Shown here piece by piece: positions 32,927-33,200 of a stretch of DNA of 33,200 nt; the first letter of the stretch is position 1; each line of letters starts with the position of its first letter. The notes beneath the pieces are model-generated. The model was given only the letters and a program-made list of their open reading frames with translations, did no database searches and was not told the origin of the DNA. Position numbers and translations under genes: made by a program. The stretch is from Pseudomonadota bacterium (GTDB taxonomy: Bacteria; Pseudomonadota; Gammaproteobacteria; Burkholderiales; Eutrophovitaceae): contig PAHB01000116.1 of NCBI GenBank assembly GCA_002704665.1, positions 7,429 through 40,628 on the forward strand, written 5' to 3'.

Positions 32927-33200
32927 TTAATGTTCTCCAAGTATTTCTTTTATCAATGGATAGTCTCTTTCGGAATCTAAATCTATTGCTGCCTTAAAGC
33001 AAGTCACCTCGATGAATTTAATTTTTAAACCTGTCCTCTTGCTTAAATACTTTTCAGCGTTTTCGAATTTCATAATTCCAAGAAGATACAATGCTAAATA
33101 GGTGACCCCGAAAAAAGAAATTATCTTCCAAGGCCGCTTTCTCCATTTCTCTATCTTGTTCCATATATTAAAAATATGATTTGTCCGATCGGTTCTAAAT
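32927..33200 (-). CDS. partial CDS (C-terminal 90 codons; start beyond window), hypothetical membrane-associated protein
   Basis: Open minus-strand frame from the window edge to TAA at 32927..32929. Contains the hydrophobic segment WKIISFFGVTYLALYLLGIM. Its stop is 1 nt upstream of the next gene's ATG. Confidence 0.35.
   Translation of the reverse strand, partial: FRTDRTNHIFNIWNKIEKWRKRPWKIISFFGVTYLALYLLGIMKFENAEKYLSKRTGLKIKFIEVTCFKAAIDLDSERDYPLIKEILGEH

Noticed and set aside
1-33200. Scanned for CRISPR arrays, rRNA genes, IS elements with terminal inverted repeats and long (over 30 bp) dispersed repeats.
   Set aside because: I saw no regularly spaced 25-40-bp repeats, no rRNA-like segments and no transposase-like ORFs. 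Only the short repeats reported above were found. Long dispersed repeats cannot be ruled out without a self-alignment.

Overview
AT-rich bacterial window, probably gammaproteobacterial (CTGT-N8-ACAG LexA box, LptFG, P4-type integrase). It has two parts. (1) About 18.0-33.2 kb is chromosomal backbone. It carries glnS, dgkA and a lexA-imuA-imuB SOS mutagenesis operon behind one canonical SOS box, with no dnaE2 in the window. Next come a four-gene lipid cluster (acyl-AMP ligase, NAD-dependent reductase/epimerase, ACP, alpha-oxoamine synthase), a Tam41-like nucleotidyltransferase, a metallophosphoesterase, lptF-lptG, an OstA/LptA-like protein and an LpxO-like hydroxylase. (2) Positions 1 to about 17.97 kb are a genomic island inserted at the 3' end of a tRNA-Arg(CCU) gene. 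It has a P4-type tyrosine integrase and an AlpA-like regulator, and this module is visibly GC-richer than everything else. The island cargo is a complete SspABCD-type DNA phosphorothioation module: HTH-fused cysteine desulfurase, DUF4007 protein, 1122-aa P-loop ATPase and PP-loop/PAPS-reductase-like protein. Divergent from it is an 852-aa phosphorothioation-associated methyltransferase fusion. Beyond that lies a tightly coupled SF2 helicase + MORC-like GHKL ATPase pair. I see no SspE-like (DUF262/DUF1524) or DndFGH-like restriction partner. The helicase/GHKL pair, possibly with the methyltransferase fusion, is therefore my best candidate for an undescribed phosphorothioate-linked defence effector. 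The left edge holds decayed ORFs with in-frame stops, and the second island boundary is not in the window. All family assignments come from motif recognition by eye; no searches were run.
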